DNA from: an uncultured Acidobacteriota bacterium | Lineage (GTDB): Bacteria; Acidobacteriota; Thermoanaerobaculia; Gp7-AA8 | Direction of reading: 5' to 3' | Length of the DNA stretch: 64,000 nt | NCBI GenBank assembly: GCA_963822445.1 | Contig: CAWGHO010000002.1 | Location: forward strand, 736,001 to 800,000 | In this document: positions 9,962-19,953 of the stretch, piece after piece | Numbering within the stretch: position 1 is the stretch's first letter | Layout: each line of letters begins with the position of its first letter | Made by a program: the position numbers and the translations under genes | The notes under the pieces: generated by a model | What the model was told of the DNA's origin: nothing | Database searches by the model: none | What the model saw: the letters and a program-made list of their open reading frames with translations, nothing else

Positions 9962-10492
9962 CTAGTGTCCGGCAGCGGCCGCGGCGGGCGCGAGCGACTT
10001 CTCCAGGCACTTGTGGATGAGCTTTTCCGCTTCCGGCTCGGGGATGTTCTTCACGATCGCGACCTCGGAGACGAGCAGGTACTTCGCGCGGTCGTACATC
10101 TTCTTCTCGCGGAACGAGAGGCTCTTCCGTTTCTGCACTTCATTGAGATTCTTGAGCACGTCCGCGACATCTTCGAGACGACCGGTCTTCATCTTCTCGA
10201 GATTCTCGCGATAACGGCCTTTCCAGTCCGTGTGGCTCTTCACCAGCTTCTGCTCGAGCAGGCTCAGGAGACCTTTGATCTCCTTCTGCTGGTACAGACG
10301 GCGAAGTCCCACGCGGTCCTGGTTCGTGATCGGCACCATCAGCCGCGAGTTATTCGCAAGAAGCCGCAGGTGGTAGTAGCTGTCTCCCGGAGGCATGATC
10401 GGCGATTCGCCGATGTGCTCGACTACGGTGACGCCATGGTTCGGATAAACGATCTTATCCCCGACCTTGAAACCTAATTTGACTGACGACAA
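9962..10492 (-). CDS. carD: CarD family transcriptional regulator
   Basis: FKVGDKIVYPNHG, GLRRL, LSFREKKMY. Confidence 0.9.
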   Translation of the reverse strand: MSSVKLGFKVGDKIVYPNHGVTVVEHIGESPIMPPGDSYYHLRLLANNSRLMVPITNQDRVGLRRLYQQKEIKGLLSLLEQKLVKSHTDWKGRYRENLEKMKTGRLEDVADVLKNLNEVQKRKSLSFREKKMYDRAKYLLVSEVAIVKNIPEPEAEKLIHKCLEKSLAPAAAAAGH

Positions 10493-10624
10493 GTGTGGCT
10501 CCTTTCGGAAACGCTTTGGGGGCTACATCAAGAAGGGACAGGCATTGTACGGCAGCGTCACCGGTGCGTCAAACAAAGAATGCGGAAAAACGTGAAAAAT
10601 GGCCGTAAATCGGCAAATTTCACG

Positions 10625-11527
10625 TCAACGACGCAAACGGCGGATCATCTGATGCAAACGGTCGAGCCCCTCACGCCGCTCGCTCTCGCTGCCCGTCAGC
10701 AGGTCTTCGATCACCTGCAGCTCAGTCTGCAACTCGAGCTGCGCCGCGACGTCGGTCGCAGGTGTCGCCCGCACCTCCATCGTGCTCGCCGCCGGTGTTG
10801 GTACTGCCACGATGCGCGCGCCGCCGAGGCTCGTCCGCATCCGCTGCGCCATGGCCCTCATCGACTTGATGTCGCTGTTGTCCAGCGCGCGCTGAATGGC
10901 CTTCGCGCTCGCCACCGCGTCCGCGTACGGACTGTCGGGGTTGTCGACGATCCGCGCCTGCACCAGCGTGAGGTCGACGTTTCCGTATCCCTGCTTCGGA
11001 TCCGCGGCGGCGATCACCTTCGCCGTCACCTGCCGCGCCACGCCGGGCAGATCGACCGGCCGCACCTCGCCCGGCTGAATCCACGCCTTCACTTCGACGC
11101 TCGTCAGTTGCGCCTGCGACGATCCGGCGCCGATGTACTCGACGTCGATGCGCTCGATCCAGATCGGACGATTGCGCCCGACCACCAGCCGACGCTTGGG
11201 AACGTCGACGATCACCCGATAGACGAAGCTGCCCTTCATCTCGAGCGTCTCCATCTGGTCTTTCCGCGGATTCACGGAGAAGGACTGGGTCTGCCGGCCG
11301 GCCTCGAGCCGTTCGTAGGTCGCGAATTCGTACGTGCCGTCGGCTCGCTTGCCGCGAAGCAGATCGATGTCTTCGTTGATGATCCGCTTCAGCAAGTCCA
11401 CCGGCAGATCGCGCTTGCTGGCCTCGGCCACGCGATCGATCACCAGCGCGTCATCGGCGACGCGCGCCGCCGGTGTCTGCGCGAAAGCCGTGGCCGCGAA
11501 AAGCACCGCGAATGCGAATCGCTTCAT
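10625..11527 (-). CDS. Hypothetical secreted protein
   Basis: Signal peptide MKRFAFAVLFAATAFAQ. ATGA overlap with the deoB stop. Confidence 0.75.
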   Translation of the reverse strand: MKRFAFAVLFAATAFAQTPAARVADDALVIDRVAEASKRDLPVDLLKRIINEDIDLLRGKRADGTYEFATYERLEAGRQTQSFSVNPRKDQMETLEMKGSFVYRVIVDVPKRRLVVGRNRPIWIERIDVEYIGAGSSQAQLTSVEVKAWIQPGEVRPVDLPGVARQVTAKVIAAADPKQGYGNVDLTLVQARIVDNPDSPYADAVASAKAIQRALDNSDIKSMRAMAQRMRTSLGGARIVAVPTPAASTMEVRATPATDVAAQLELQTELQVIEDLLTGSESERREGLDRLHQMIRRLRR

Positions 11528-12708
11528 CGCGTCACCCCCAGCTCGCCGAGGACGCTCGTCCCCGGTAAACCATCCCTCGAGAGATTCAGATATTCGGCGA
11601 CGGTCGCGCCGAGGTCGCCCATCGTCCGGCGGGTGCCCAGCGGCCTTGCGCCGCGCACGCCCGGCCCGGCAATCACCAGCGGCACGTACTCGCGGGTGTG
11701 ATCGGTGGAGACGTCGGTCGGATCGCAGCCGTGATCGGCGGTGATGAAGACCAGGTCGTTCTCGCGCAGCTCGCCGAGAAGCGTCTCCAGCTCGCCGTCG
11801 AACGTCTCCAGCGCCTTCGCGTAGCCGATCGGATCGTTGCGGTGGCCGTACTTCGAATCGAAGTCGACCAGGTTGGTGAAGATGAAGTCGGCCTGCGACT
11901 CGCGAATCAGGTCGATGGTCTTGCGCATGCCGTCGGAATTCGACTCGGTGCGAATCTCCTCGTCGATTCCGACGCGGTCGAAGATGTCGGCGATCTTGCC
12001 AAGGCCGATGACCTGCCGGCCCGCTTTGTGCGCGCGCTCGACCACGGTCTCGCCGGTCGGCCGCACGGAAAAGTCTTTGCGATTCGCGGTGCGCTTGAAC
12101 TGCCCGGAGCGCGGCCCGACGAACGGACGGGCGATGATCCGGCCGATGTTGTGCTCGCCGCGCATCAGCTCGCGCGCCGTCGCGCAGATCTGCCACAGCT
12201 CTTCGATCGGAATCACATCCTCATGCGCCGCGACCTGAAAAACGGAATCGGCGGACGTGTAGACGATCGGCGCGCCGGTGCGCATGTGCTCTTCGCCGAG
12301 CTCGTCGAGAATCACGGTGCCCGAGGCGGGCTTGTTGCCGAGGGTGCGGCGGCCGATGCGGCGCTCGTATTCAGAGATGATCTCGGGTGGAAAGCCGTTC
12401 GGATAGGTGCGGAACGGGTCCTCGACGATGAGGCCCATCATTTCCCAGTGACCGGTGGTGGTGTCCTTGCCCGCGCTGATCTCGGCCATCCGCCCGAAGC
12501 CCGCGGTGGGGTTGTCGGTGGTGGCCGGCGTGGGCAGCGTGTGCAGCAGCCCGAGGCGCGTCAGGGTGGGCAGGCTCGGGTGTTGCGAGTCGAGAACGTG
12601 ACCGAGCGTATTCGACCCCTCGTCGCCGAAATCGGCGGCATCAGGTAACTCGCCGACTCCAAGAGAGTCGCAAACGATCACAATGGCGCGTGGTTTCGTC
12701 ATCGTCAT
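11524..12708 (-). CDS. deoB: Phosphopentomutase
   Basis: DSLGVG, GKDTTTGHWE, YTSADSVFQ, NLVDFDSKYGHRND, TADHGCDP, HTREYVP. Confidence 0.95.
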   Translation of the reverse strand: MTMTKPRAIVIVCDSLGVGELPDAADFGDEGSNTLGHVLDSQHPSLPTLTRLGLLHTLPTPATTDNPTAGFGRMAEISAGKDTTTGHWEMMGLIVEDPFRTYPNGFPPEIISEYERRIGRRTLGNKPASGTVILDELGEEHMRTGAPIVYTSADSVFQVAAHEDVIPIEELWQICATARELMRGEHNIGRIIARPFVGPRSGQFKRTANRKDFSVRPTGETVVERAHKAGRQVIGLGKIADIFDRVGIDEEIRTESNSDGMRKTIDLIRESQADFIFTNLVDFDSKYGHRNDPIGYAKALETFDGELETLLGELRENDLVFITADHGCDPTDVSTDHTREYVPLVIAGPGVRGARPLGTRRTMGDLGATVAEYLNLSRDGLPGTSVLGELGVTR

Positions 12709-12720
12709 AGGAGGCGGATT

Positions 12721-13263
12721 ATGGCCGATTGGGTTTGGAGAACCATTTCCGGGTACGCGACCCTGCCCGTCTTCGCGGGCTTCTTCGTGGTCTCGCTGAT
12801 CTTCATCTTCGTGCTCTTCCCGCTCACGAAACGGCACTACAAGGGCATCGTCACGCTCGACGGCAACCCGTGGGGCTTCTCCGTCGCGGACGCCGAGCAG
12901 CTCCTCGGGCGTGACATGACGCCGGATCAGCTTCGGGTCTATCGCAAGCAGGAGCTGGTGACGGACATGCTCTTCCCGCTGGTGTACGGGCTGGGCTTCG
13001 CCATCGCCATGGTGATGCTGGCCCGCTACGTCGGCGCGCCGCGCTGGCTGGTGTTTCTGCCGCTCCTGGCCGCGGTCGCGGACTACATCGAGAACATCTC
13101 CGTGGCAGTGATGATCGGCCGCAAGCTGAACGGACAGGACCTCGGCCCGCTGGCAACCATCGGCTCGATCGCATCCCGTTTCAAGCACGTTCTGCTCGTG
13201 GTCACCATCCTCGTTCTCCTCGGACTGTGTGCCTGGGCGCTCTGGCGCCGCTTCCTGAGATAG
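12721..13263 (+). CDS. Hypothetical membrane protein
   Basis: About four hydrophobic segments, DMLFPLVY and ADYIEN motifs. Confidence 0.7.
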   Translation: MADWVWRTISGYATLPVFAGFFVVSLIFIFVLFPLTKRHYKGIVTLDGNPWGFSVADAEQLLGRDMTPDQLRVYRKQELVTDMLFPLVYGLGFAIAMVMLARYVGAPRWLVFLPLLAAVADYIENISVAVMIGRKLNGQDLGPLATIGSIASRFKHVLLVVTILVLLGLCAWALWRRFLR

Positions 13264-15096
13264 ATGAGAAAAGCCGTTCTGCTACTCACCGTTCTCTTCG
13301 TTGCCACCGTTGCGCTCGCGCAGCCGATGACGCTCGCCGTCGACGCGACCGATGCCGCGCGAGGCATCCTGCATTCGCGGATGACCATTCCCGTGACCGC
13401 CGGACCGGCGACGCTGCTGTATCCGAAGTGGATCCCCGGCGAGCACGGCCCAACCGGACCGCTCACGAATCTGGTGAACGTGCAGATCACGGCCGGCGGT
13501 CAGCGCATCGCCTGGCAGCGCGATCCGCTGGAGATGTACGCGCTTCACATCGACGTGCCCGCGGGAACCACGTCGCTCGACGTCACGGCCGACTTTCTGC
13601 TGCCCTCGAGCGGAGGGTTCACCGCCGGCCGCACGGCAACGCCGGCCCTGGGCGTGATCAGCTGGAACACCGCGCTGCTGTTTCCGAAAGGACGGCCGGC
13701 CGACGAGATCATTGTGCAGCCTTCGTTACGCGTTCCGAGCGGATGGAAGTTCGCGAGCTCGCTCGGCGTCGAGCGCACCAGCGGCGACGTCATCGAGTTC
13801 AAGCCGGTGTCGCTGACTCTGCTCGTGGACTCGCCGGTGCAGATCGGGGCGTATCAGAAAGTCGTTTCCCTGCGCGAGGCGGACGGACGCGCGCATCAGG
13901 TCGTGCTCGTTGGCGAATCGATGGAGGCGCTCGAAACTCCCAAAGACTTTGCGACGGTTGCGGACAGCCTCGTGAAGCAGGGCGGAATCATCTTCGGCGG
14001 GCGTCACTACAACTCCTACCGCTGGCTGCTCACGCTGAGCGACGGCGTGGCCCACTTCGGACTCGAGCACCATGAATCGAGCGACAACCGGCTGTCCGCG
14101 GATTCGCTGGCGACGCCGAAAGGGCATCGCGACATCTACAGCCTGCTTTCACACGAGTACGGCCACTCGTGGAACGGGAAGTACCGCCGGCCGGCGGGAT
14201 TGCTCAGCCCCGATTTCTCGACGCCGATGCAGACCGAGTTGCTGTGGGTCTACGAAGGCCTGACCGAGTACCTCGGCTACGTCCTGACCGTGCGTGCCGG
14301 CGGCTGGAAGCCCGAGGAGTTCCGCGAAGCCCTCGCTCACGCGGCCGCGAACCTGGAATCGCAGGTCGGCCGCACCTGGCGTCCGCTGATCGACACCGCT
14401 GTCCAGGCACAGGTCCTCTTCGGTGCTCCGTCGGCGTGGTGGTCGCTGCGCCGCGGCGTCGACTTCTACGGCGAATCGATCTTCATCTGGCTCGAGGCCG
14501 ACGCGATCATCCGCGACGAGAGCGGCGGGAAGCGCTCGCTCGACGATTTCCTGGCGAAGTTCTACGGCGGGATGTCCGGCCCGGCGGTGAAGCCGTACAC
14601 GTTCGACGAGCTGGTGACGGCGATCAACTCCGTGCACCCGCACGATTGGCGGACGTTTTTCAACACGCGCCTGCAATCGGTGAAGCCGGGCGCGCCGCTC
14701 GGCGGCGTAATCCGCGCCGGTTGGAGGTTCGAGCTCAACGAGACACCCAACGCCTATCGCAGCGAGGTCGAGCAGGCCGGCACCCTCAATCTGCGCAACA
14801 ACCTCGGAATGTCTCTCGGCAGGGAGGGCGTCATCTCCGACCTCGCGCCGTCAACGCCCGCGGCCAAAGCCGGACTCGCGCCCGGCTTCACGATCATCGC
14901 CGTCAACGGTGTGAAGTACTCACCGGATGTGATGCGCCGCGCGATCAAGTCGAAGCAACCGATCGAAGTGATCGCCCAGAACGGCGACTACTTCGCCGTG
15001 CACCGGATCGAGTACTCGGGCGGATTGCTGCACCCGCATCTGGTGCGGGACACGAGCAAACCGGACTTGCTATCGGCGATCCTGAAGGCGCGGTGA
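13264..15096 (+). CDS. M61 glycyl aminopeptidase with PDZ domain
   Basis: PKWIPGEH, GLEH, SHEYGHSWNGK, LWVYEGLTEY, C-terminal PDZ. Confidence 0.9.
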   Translation: MRKAVLLLTVLFVATVALAQPMTLAVDATDAARGILHSRMTIPVTAGPATLLYPKWIPGEHGPTGPLTNLVNVQITAGGQRIAWQRDPLEMYALHIDVPAGTTSLDVTADFLLPSSGGFTAGRTATPALGVISWNTALLFPKGRPADEIIVQPSLRVPSGWKFASSLGVERTSGDVIEFKPVSLTLLVDSPVQIGAYQKVVSLREADGRAHQVVLVGESMEALETPKDFATVADSLVKQGGIIFGGRHYNSYRWLLTLSDGVAHFGLEHHESSDNRLSADSLATPKGHRDIYSLLSHEYGHSWNGKYRRPAGLLSPDFSTPMQTELLWVYEGLTEYLGYVLTVRAGGWKPEEFREALAHAAANLESQVGRTWRPLIDTAVQAQVLFGAPSAWWSLRRGVDFYGESIFIWLEADAIIRDESGGKRSLDDFLAKFYGGMSGPAVKPYTFDELVTAINSVHPHDWRTFFNTRLQSVKPGAPLGGVIRAGWRFELNETPNAYRSEVEQAGTLNLRNNLGMSLGREGVISDLAPSTPAAKAGLAPGFTIIAVNGVKYSPDVMRRAIKSKQPIEVIAQNGDYFAVHRIEYSGGLLHPHLVRDTSKPDLLSAILKAR

Positions 15097-15185
15097 TGGA
15101 GTGCGGCGGCTCTGCCGCCGCTTTCCCATGCGCCGGAGGCGCGCTCCGCGCGTCGCCAAAGCGGCGGCAGAGCCGCCGCACTCCA
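15097..15185. repeat. REP doublet (REPIN-like), GGAGTGCGGCGG family
   Basis: TGGAGTGCGGCGGCTCTGCCGCCGCTTT ... AAAGCGGCGGCAGAGCCGCCGCACTCCA between two convergent stop codons. Confidence 0.9.
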
Positions 15186-15186
15186 A

Positions 15187-16500
15187 CTACGTCAAATGCT
15201 CGTGAATCAACGGCCTCGCCGCCGGCTGCTCGTCGCCGATCGTCACGAATGACATGAACCGGCTTCGCAGCTCCTCGGCGTCGCGTTTGCCTTCGCCGAG
15301 CTGAATGCGGGCGATAGCGTCGCCGGCGCGGACTTCATCGCCGGTGCGCTTGTCGAACATCACGCCGGCGGCGTAGTCGATCACGTCGTCGGCTTTCTTG
15401 CGGCCGGCGCCGAGGTCGACGGTGAACATGCCCGCGGCGTAGGTGTCCATGGCGGTGATGAAGCCGCTGCGGTCGGCTTTCACTTCGATCGTTTCCTTCG
15501 GCTGGGGAAGCAGCGAGTAATCGTCGACGATCGCGGCATCGCCGCCCTGCGCGGCGATCCACTTCCGCGTCTGCTCGAGCGCACGTCCCGAGCTCAGCGC
15601 CTCCGCAAGCGCGACGTTCGCGGACGCCGCATCGAAGCGGCCGCTCATGACCAGGATCCGCTCCGCCTGCGCGCGGGTGACTTCGAGCACATCCGCCGGC
15701 CCGTTGCCTTTCAGCACTTCGATCGTTTCCACGATCTCGTTCGCGTTCCCGGCGGCGACGCCCAGCGGGCGATCCATGTCGGTAATGAGCGCCTCGACGC
15801 GCGTGCCCGAGCCTTGCGCGGCCGCGATCAGACTCTGGGCGAGCGCTTTCGAATCCTGGTAGTGCCGCATGAACGCGCCGCTGCCGGTCTTGACATCGAG
15901 AATCAGCCCCGACGCGCCCATGGCCAGTTTCTTCGACATGATCGACGCGGTGATCAGCGGCAGCGATTCGACCGTGCCCGTCACATCGCGCAGCGCGTAG
16001 ATTTTCTTGTCCGCGGGAGCGATGCCTTCTGTCGACGTCGAGATCACGCAGCCGGCGTCGGCAACGCATTGCTCGAACTCGGCCCGCGACATCCGCGCGT
16101 TGAATCCGGGGATGGCCTCGAGCTTGTCCAGCGTGCCGCCGGTGTGTCCCAGGCCGCGGCCGGAGAGCATGCCGATCTTGATACCGCAGGCCGCGACCCA
16201 CGGCGAGAGCACGAGCGAGACCTTGTCGCCGACGCCGCCGGTGGAGTGCTTGTCGGCGAAGAAGTCGTAGCTGTCGCGCAGATGCCACTGCTCGCCGGAG
16301 CGGAGCATGGCCTGGGTCAGCGTGGCCATCTCCGCGCCGGTCATGCCGTTGATGGCGATGGCCATGAGCAGCGCGGACATCTGATAGTCGGGGATGGAGC
16401 CTTTGGTGTAGCCGTTGATGAAGAACTCGATCTCGCGCGACTCGAGCGGGTTGCCGCGACGCTTGTTGTTGAGGAGCTCGTAAACGCTGTAGTCGGCCAT
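15187..16500 (-). CDS. pdp: Thymidine/pyrimidine-nucleoside phosphorylase
   Basis: [43 protein letters not shown]. Confidence 0.92.
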   Translation of the reverse strand: MADYSVYELLNNKRRGNPLESREIEFFINGYTKGSIPDYQMSALLMAIAINGMTGAEMATLTQAMLRSGEQWHLRDSYDFFADKHSTGGVGDKVSLVLSPWVAACGIKIGMLSGRGLGHTGGTLDKLEAIPGFNARMSRAEFEQCVADAGCVISTSTEGIAPADKKIYALRDVTGTVESLPLITASIMSKKLAMGASGLILDVKTGSGAFMRHYQDSKALAQSLIAAAQGSGTRVEALITDMDRPLGVAAGNANEIVETIEVLKGNGPADVLEVTRAQAERILVMSGRFDAASANVALAEALSSGRALEQTRKWIAAQGGDAAIVDDYSLLPQPKETIEVKADRSGFITAMDTYAAGMFTVDLGAGRKKADDVIDYAAGVMFDKRTGDEVRAGDAIARIQLGEGKRDAEELRSRFMSFVTIGDEQPAARPLIHEHLT

Positions 16501-16524
16501 GGGCCGGTTAGCATAGCCGACCAG

Positions 16525-17229
16525 ATGAAAGCAGTCGTCCTCCTGTCCGGCGGCCTGGACTCGGCGACCGTCCTGGCGATCGCCCGCGACCAGGGCCGCG
16601 AGTGCCTGGCCCTGTCGATCGTGTACGGCCAGCGCCATCACGTCGAGCTCGCCGCGGCGAAGCGCGTCGCCTCAGCGATCGGCGTCAGCGAGCATGTCGT
16701 CCACGCGCTCGATCTCCGCGTCTTCGGAGGGAGCGCTCTCACCGGCGACGTCGATGTTCCCAAGGACGCCGTCGGCGCCCCCGGCATCCCCGTGACCTAC
16801 GTCCCCGCCCGGAACACGATCTTCCTGGCCCTGGCCCTCGGATACGCCGAAGCGCGCGACGCCAACGAGATCTGGATCGGCGTGAACGCCCTCGACTACA
16901 GCGGCTACCCCGACTGCCGCCCCGACTTCATCGACGCGTTCCAGGAAGTGATCTGGAAAGGAACGCGCAGCGGCGTCGAGCACCGCGAACCGCGCCTCGT
17001 CGCCCCGCTCCTGCACATGACCAAAGCGGACATCATCCGCCGCGGCCTCGAGCTCGGCGTCGACTACGGAATCACCCACTCCTGCTACGACCCGACCGCC
17101 GACGGGCGGGCGTGCGGGCATTGCGATTCGTGCCTGCTTCGGAGGAAGGGGTTCGAGGAGGCGGGGGTTGAGGACCCCGCGCAGAGCCTCAGAGTCTCAG
17201 AGTCTCAAAGTCTCAGAGAAGAGACGTAA
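16525..17229 (+). CDS. queC: 7-cyano-7-deazaguanine synthase
   Basis: [27 protein letters not shown]. The C-terminus runs into a repeat arm. Confidence 0.95.
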   Translation: MKAVVLLSGGLDSATVLAIARDQGRECLALSIVYGQRHHVELAAAKRVASAIGVSEHVVHALDLRVFGGSALTGDVDVPKDAVGAPGIPVTYVPARNTIFLALALGYAEARDANEIWIGVNALDYSGYPDCRPDFIDAFQEVIWKGTRSGVEHREPRLVAPLLHMTKADIIRRGLELGVDYGITHSCYDPTADGRACGHCDSCLLRRKGFEEAGVEDPAQSLRVSESQSLREET

Positions 17230-17284
17230 TGCTGAAGATGATGGCGTCTACTTTGCGACTTTGAGACTCTGCGACTCTGAGACT
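17182..17284. repeat. Inverted octamer-array element, unit CAGAGTCT
   Basis: (CA(G/A)AG(T/C)CT)x4, about 31-bp spacer, then (ACT(T/C)TG(C/A)G)x4. Confidence 0.88.
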
Positions 17285-17291
17285 TCTTCCC

Positions 17292-17924
17292 ATGCGCATC
17301 ACCGAAATCTTCCATTCCATCCAGGGCGAATCCACCCACGCCGGCCGCCCCTGCGTGTTCGTGCGCCTGACCGGGTGCAATCTGCGCTGCGTGTGGTGCG
17401 ACTCCGAATACACCTTCACCGGTGGGGAGCGGATGTCGATCGATGAGGTGATGGCGCGGGTGGAGAGCTATGGGTGCAAGCTCGTCGAGATCACCGGCGG
17501 GGAGCCGCTCGCGCAGGCCGAGTCCTTCGATCTGATCAAGCGCCTTTGCGACGACGGATTCGAAGTTCTCATCGAGACCTCGGGGTCCATCGACGTCTCG
17601 CCGGTCGATCCGCGGGCGAAGATCATCCTCGACGTCAAATGCCCTGGCTCGGGTGAGGTGGAAAAAAACAGGTGGGAGAACCTCGACATCCTCCGCCCGC
17701 GTGACGAGATCAAGTTCGTCATCGCCGATCGTGCGGATTACGAGTGGGCGAAACAGGTGATCGAGGAACGCAAGCTCGATCGCTGGACGGTCCTCCTCTC
17801 GCCGGTTTGGGACAGAATGAGCATGAAGTCGCTGGCGGAGTGGATGCTCGCCGACCGCCTGCCGGCGCGGTTTCAGACGCAATTGCACAAGCACATCTGG
17901 GGAGCGGACGTACACGGCGTATGA
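17292..17924 (+). CDS. queE: 7-carboxy-7-deazaguanine synthase (radical SAM)
   Basis: EIFHSIQGE, CNLRCVWCD, ITGGEP, QLHKHIW. Confidence 0.93.
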   Translation: MRITEIFHSIQGESTHAGRPCVFVRLTGCNLRCVWCDSEYTFTGGERMSIDEVMARVESYGCKLVEITGGEPLAQAESFDLIKRLCDDGFEVLIETSGSIDVSPVDPRAKIILDVKCPGSGEVEKNRWENLDILRPRDEIKFVIADRADYEWAKQVIEERKLDRWTVLLSPVWDRMSMKSLAEWMLADRLPARFQTQLHKHIWGADVHGV

Positions 17925-18317
17925 CGAGAACTCGACCACATCGGAATCGCGGTCCGCTCGATCGAATCCGCGAAGATCTACGAAGCCCTCGGACTGACCA
18001 TCGATCACGTCGAGACCGTCGAGTCGCAGGGCGTAAAGACGGCCTTTCTCTCGGTCGGCGATTCGAATCTCGAGCTGCTCGAGCCCACCGGTCCCGAGTC
18101 GACCATCGCGAAATTCATCGAGAAGCGCGGCGAGGGCATCCATCACATCTGCCTTCGCGTCGACGACATCGAGGCCCATCTGGAGCGGCTCAAGGCGCAG
18201 GGCTTCCGGCTGATCAACGAGCATCCCGTCCCCGGCGCGCATGGCTGCCGCGTCGCCTTCCTCCATCCCGCGGCCGGCAACGGCGTGCTGATTGAATTGA
18301 GTGAAAAACAGGAATGA
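17921..18317 (+). CDS. mce: Methylmalonyl-CoA epimerase, apparent frameshift just after ATG (missing from ORF track)
   Basis: From 17931 it reads LDHIGIAVRS...ELLEP...KRGEGIHHICLRVDDI...VAFLHP...GVLIELSE. ATG 17921 is out of frame by one extra base. Confidence 0.85.
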
Positions 18318-18655
18318 TCGAAGGCTTCGACACCTCGTCGCTGATCATCGTGAATCTGGTCAATCCGAAGGAGAAATTCTTCGGCGTCCTGCGATCGCTC
18401 TCCGCGGCCGGCGTGACCATGCGGGCCATCAATCTCGACTCGTTCGAGGACTGGATCCGCCAGCTCGCGCACGAGGACGAAGCGGACATCGACATGTTCA
18501 CGATGTTCGTTCCGCTGTTCCGGGTGGAGCGGATTTTCCTCGACGAGCCCGCCGGCGCGATCAAGTCCTTTTCCCAGCGGTTCGAGGACGTGGTCGGGCG
18601 CAGCATCCGGGACTATCTCGGCCTTCCCAACGAAGAAAACGCTCCCTCCGTATAA
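18314..18655 (+). CDS. Hypothetical protein, possible Sm/SH3-like beta fold
   Basis: ATGA coupling to the mce stop and typical codon usage. Confidence 0.75.
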   Translation: MIEGFDTSSLIIVNLVNPKEKFFGVLRSLSAAGVTMRAINLDSFEDWIRQLAHEDEADIDMFTMFVPLFRVERIFLDEPAGAIKSFSQRFEDVVGRSIRDYLGLPNEENAPSV

Positions 18656-18664
18656 TCCCGCGCC

Positions 18665-19216
18665 GTGAAACACCTCAGACTCTCCCGAATCGCGCTCCTT
18701 CTTCTCGCCGCTCTTCTATTCGCCGTCTGTATCGCTGCCTGCAAAGGCGATGAAGAGGAGTACGCCGAGCCCGAGGCGTTCAGCTTCGTGATTTATCCCG
18801 GCTCGCGGTACCTCGGACAGCTCACCGAGAAAACCAAGCAGGCCCACAAAATCGGCAATCCCAACGTCGAGCCGCCTCCCACCGCGGTTTACGACGCCGA
18901 CGCAACCGTCGAGGAAGTAGCCGAGTACTACGCGAAACAGTACGGGTATGCCGAGGTGGCGGCGGAAGCTGGGAGCGGCGCGGCGAAACCGCGCGCTTAC
19001 TACCGGAGCGGCGATCTCGCCGCGGACAACAAGCCCCTCGCGCCGCTCCTGCCGCAGCTCCAGCTGCAGACCGACCTCACCAAAGCCGTCGGCAGCTACA
19101 AAGGCGCGTACGTTTCGCCTCGTCCCAACCGCCCGCAGGTGACCATCCAGCGGCCGTACTTCGACGTCACGACGTCGAAGGTCGTGGACCGCACCATGAT
19201 CCTGATGTCGCGGTGA
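18665..19216 (+). CDS. Hypothetical lipoprotein
   Basis: Hydrophobic leader ending IAAC. Confidence 0.7.
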   Translation: MKHLRLSRIALLLLAALLFAVCIAACKGDEEEYAEPEAFSFVIYPGSRYLGQLTEKTKQAHKIGNPNVEPPPTAVYDADATVEEVAEYYAKQYGYAEVAAEAGSGAAKPRAYYRSGDLAADNKPLAPLLPQLQLQTDLTKAVGSYKGAYVSPRPNRPQVTIQRPYFDVTTSKVVDRTMILMSR

Positions 19217-19950
19217 CGTCGATGCCGCGCGAGGCGCTGATCGTCGGTCTCGGCCAGATCGGTGGCTCGGCCGGCTACCGCCTTCAGGAGCGCGGCTGGC
19301 GCGTCCGCTACATCGATCCGCACGTCGAAACATCGCTGTTCGAGCGGGCCACGGAGATCGACGACGAATCGATGCTCGTGCTGGCCACACCGGTCGACGC
19401 GGCCGTGCAGATCCTGCGGGACATGAAACCGCGTCGCGGCCCGGTGACCAGCGTGTGCAGCGTCATGCGTCCGCTGCGCGACGTTGCCCGAGGACGTTTC
19501 GTGGCGGGACATCCGATCGCTGGGACGGAACAGGGTGGATTCGCGGCCGCGAAGGCGAGCATGTTCGACGGCAAGCGCTGGTTCCTCGATGGCGAAGATG
19601 CGGCAATCGAGGAGCTCGTGCGCGATTGCGATGCGACGCCGGAGCGCGTCGACGCCGCCGAACACGACGCGGCCGTCGCGCTGACCAGCCATCTGCCGCA
19701 GATTCTCTCGACCGCGCTCGCCGCGCATGTCGCCGATCATCAGGACGTTCTGCGCTTCGCCGGGACGGGTCTGGGTACTTTCCTGCGCCTCGCCGGCAGC
19801 GATGCGTCGATCTGGAAATCGATCCTCGACACGAACCACGACAACATCGCCCCGCACGCCGACGCCGTCGCGCGCATCGTTCGCGAGATGCTGAGCGGCG
19901 ATCCCACGGAGGTTTTCGCGAAGGCGCAAAGCGTCTGGCGAAGGCTCTAG
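19213..19950 (+). CDS. tyrA: Prephenate dehydrogenase
   Basis: VGLGQIGGS, GHPIAGTE, HDAAVALTSHLPQ, RLAGSD. Confidence 0.85.
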   Translation: MTSMPREALIVGLGQIGGSAGYRLQERGWRVRYIDPHVETSLFERATEIDDESMLVLATPVDAAVQILRDMKPRRGPVTSVCSVMRPLRDVARGRFVAGHPIAGTEQGGFAAAKASMFDGKRWFLDGEDAAIEELVRDCDATPERVDAAEHDAAVALTSHLPQILSTALAAHVADHQDVLRFAGTGLGTFLRLAGSDASIWKSILDTNHDNIAPHADAVARIVREMLSGDPTEVFAKAQSVWRRL

Positions 19951-19953
19951 CCG

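Noticed and set aside
16525-17924. queC/queE as a 7-deazaguanine DNA-modification (Dpd) or QatC-type defence system
   Set aside because: Canonical-length QueC and QueE in housekeeping context, with no dpdA, TatD or ATPase partners nearby.
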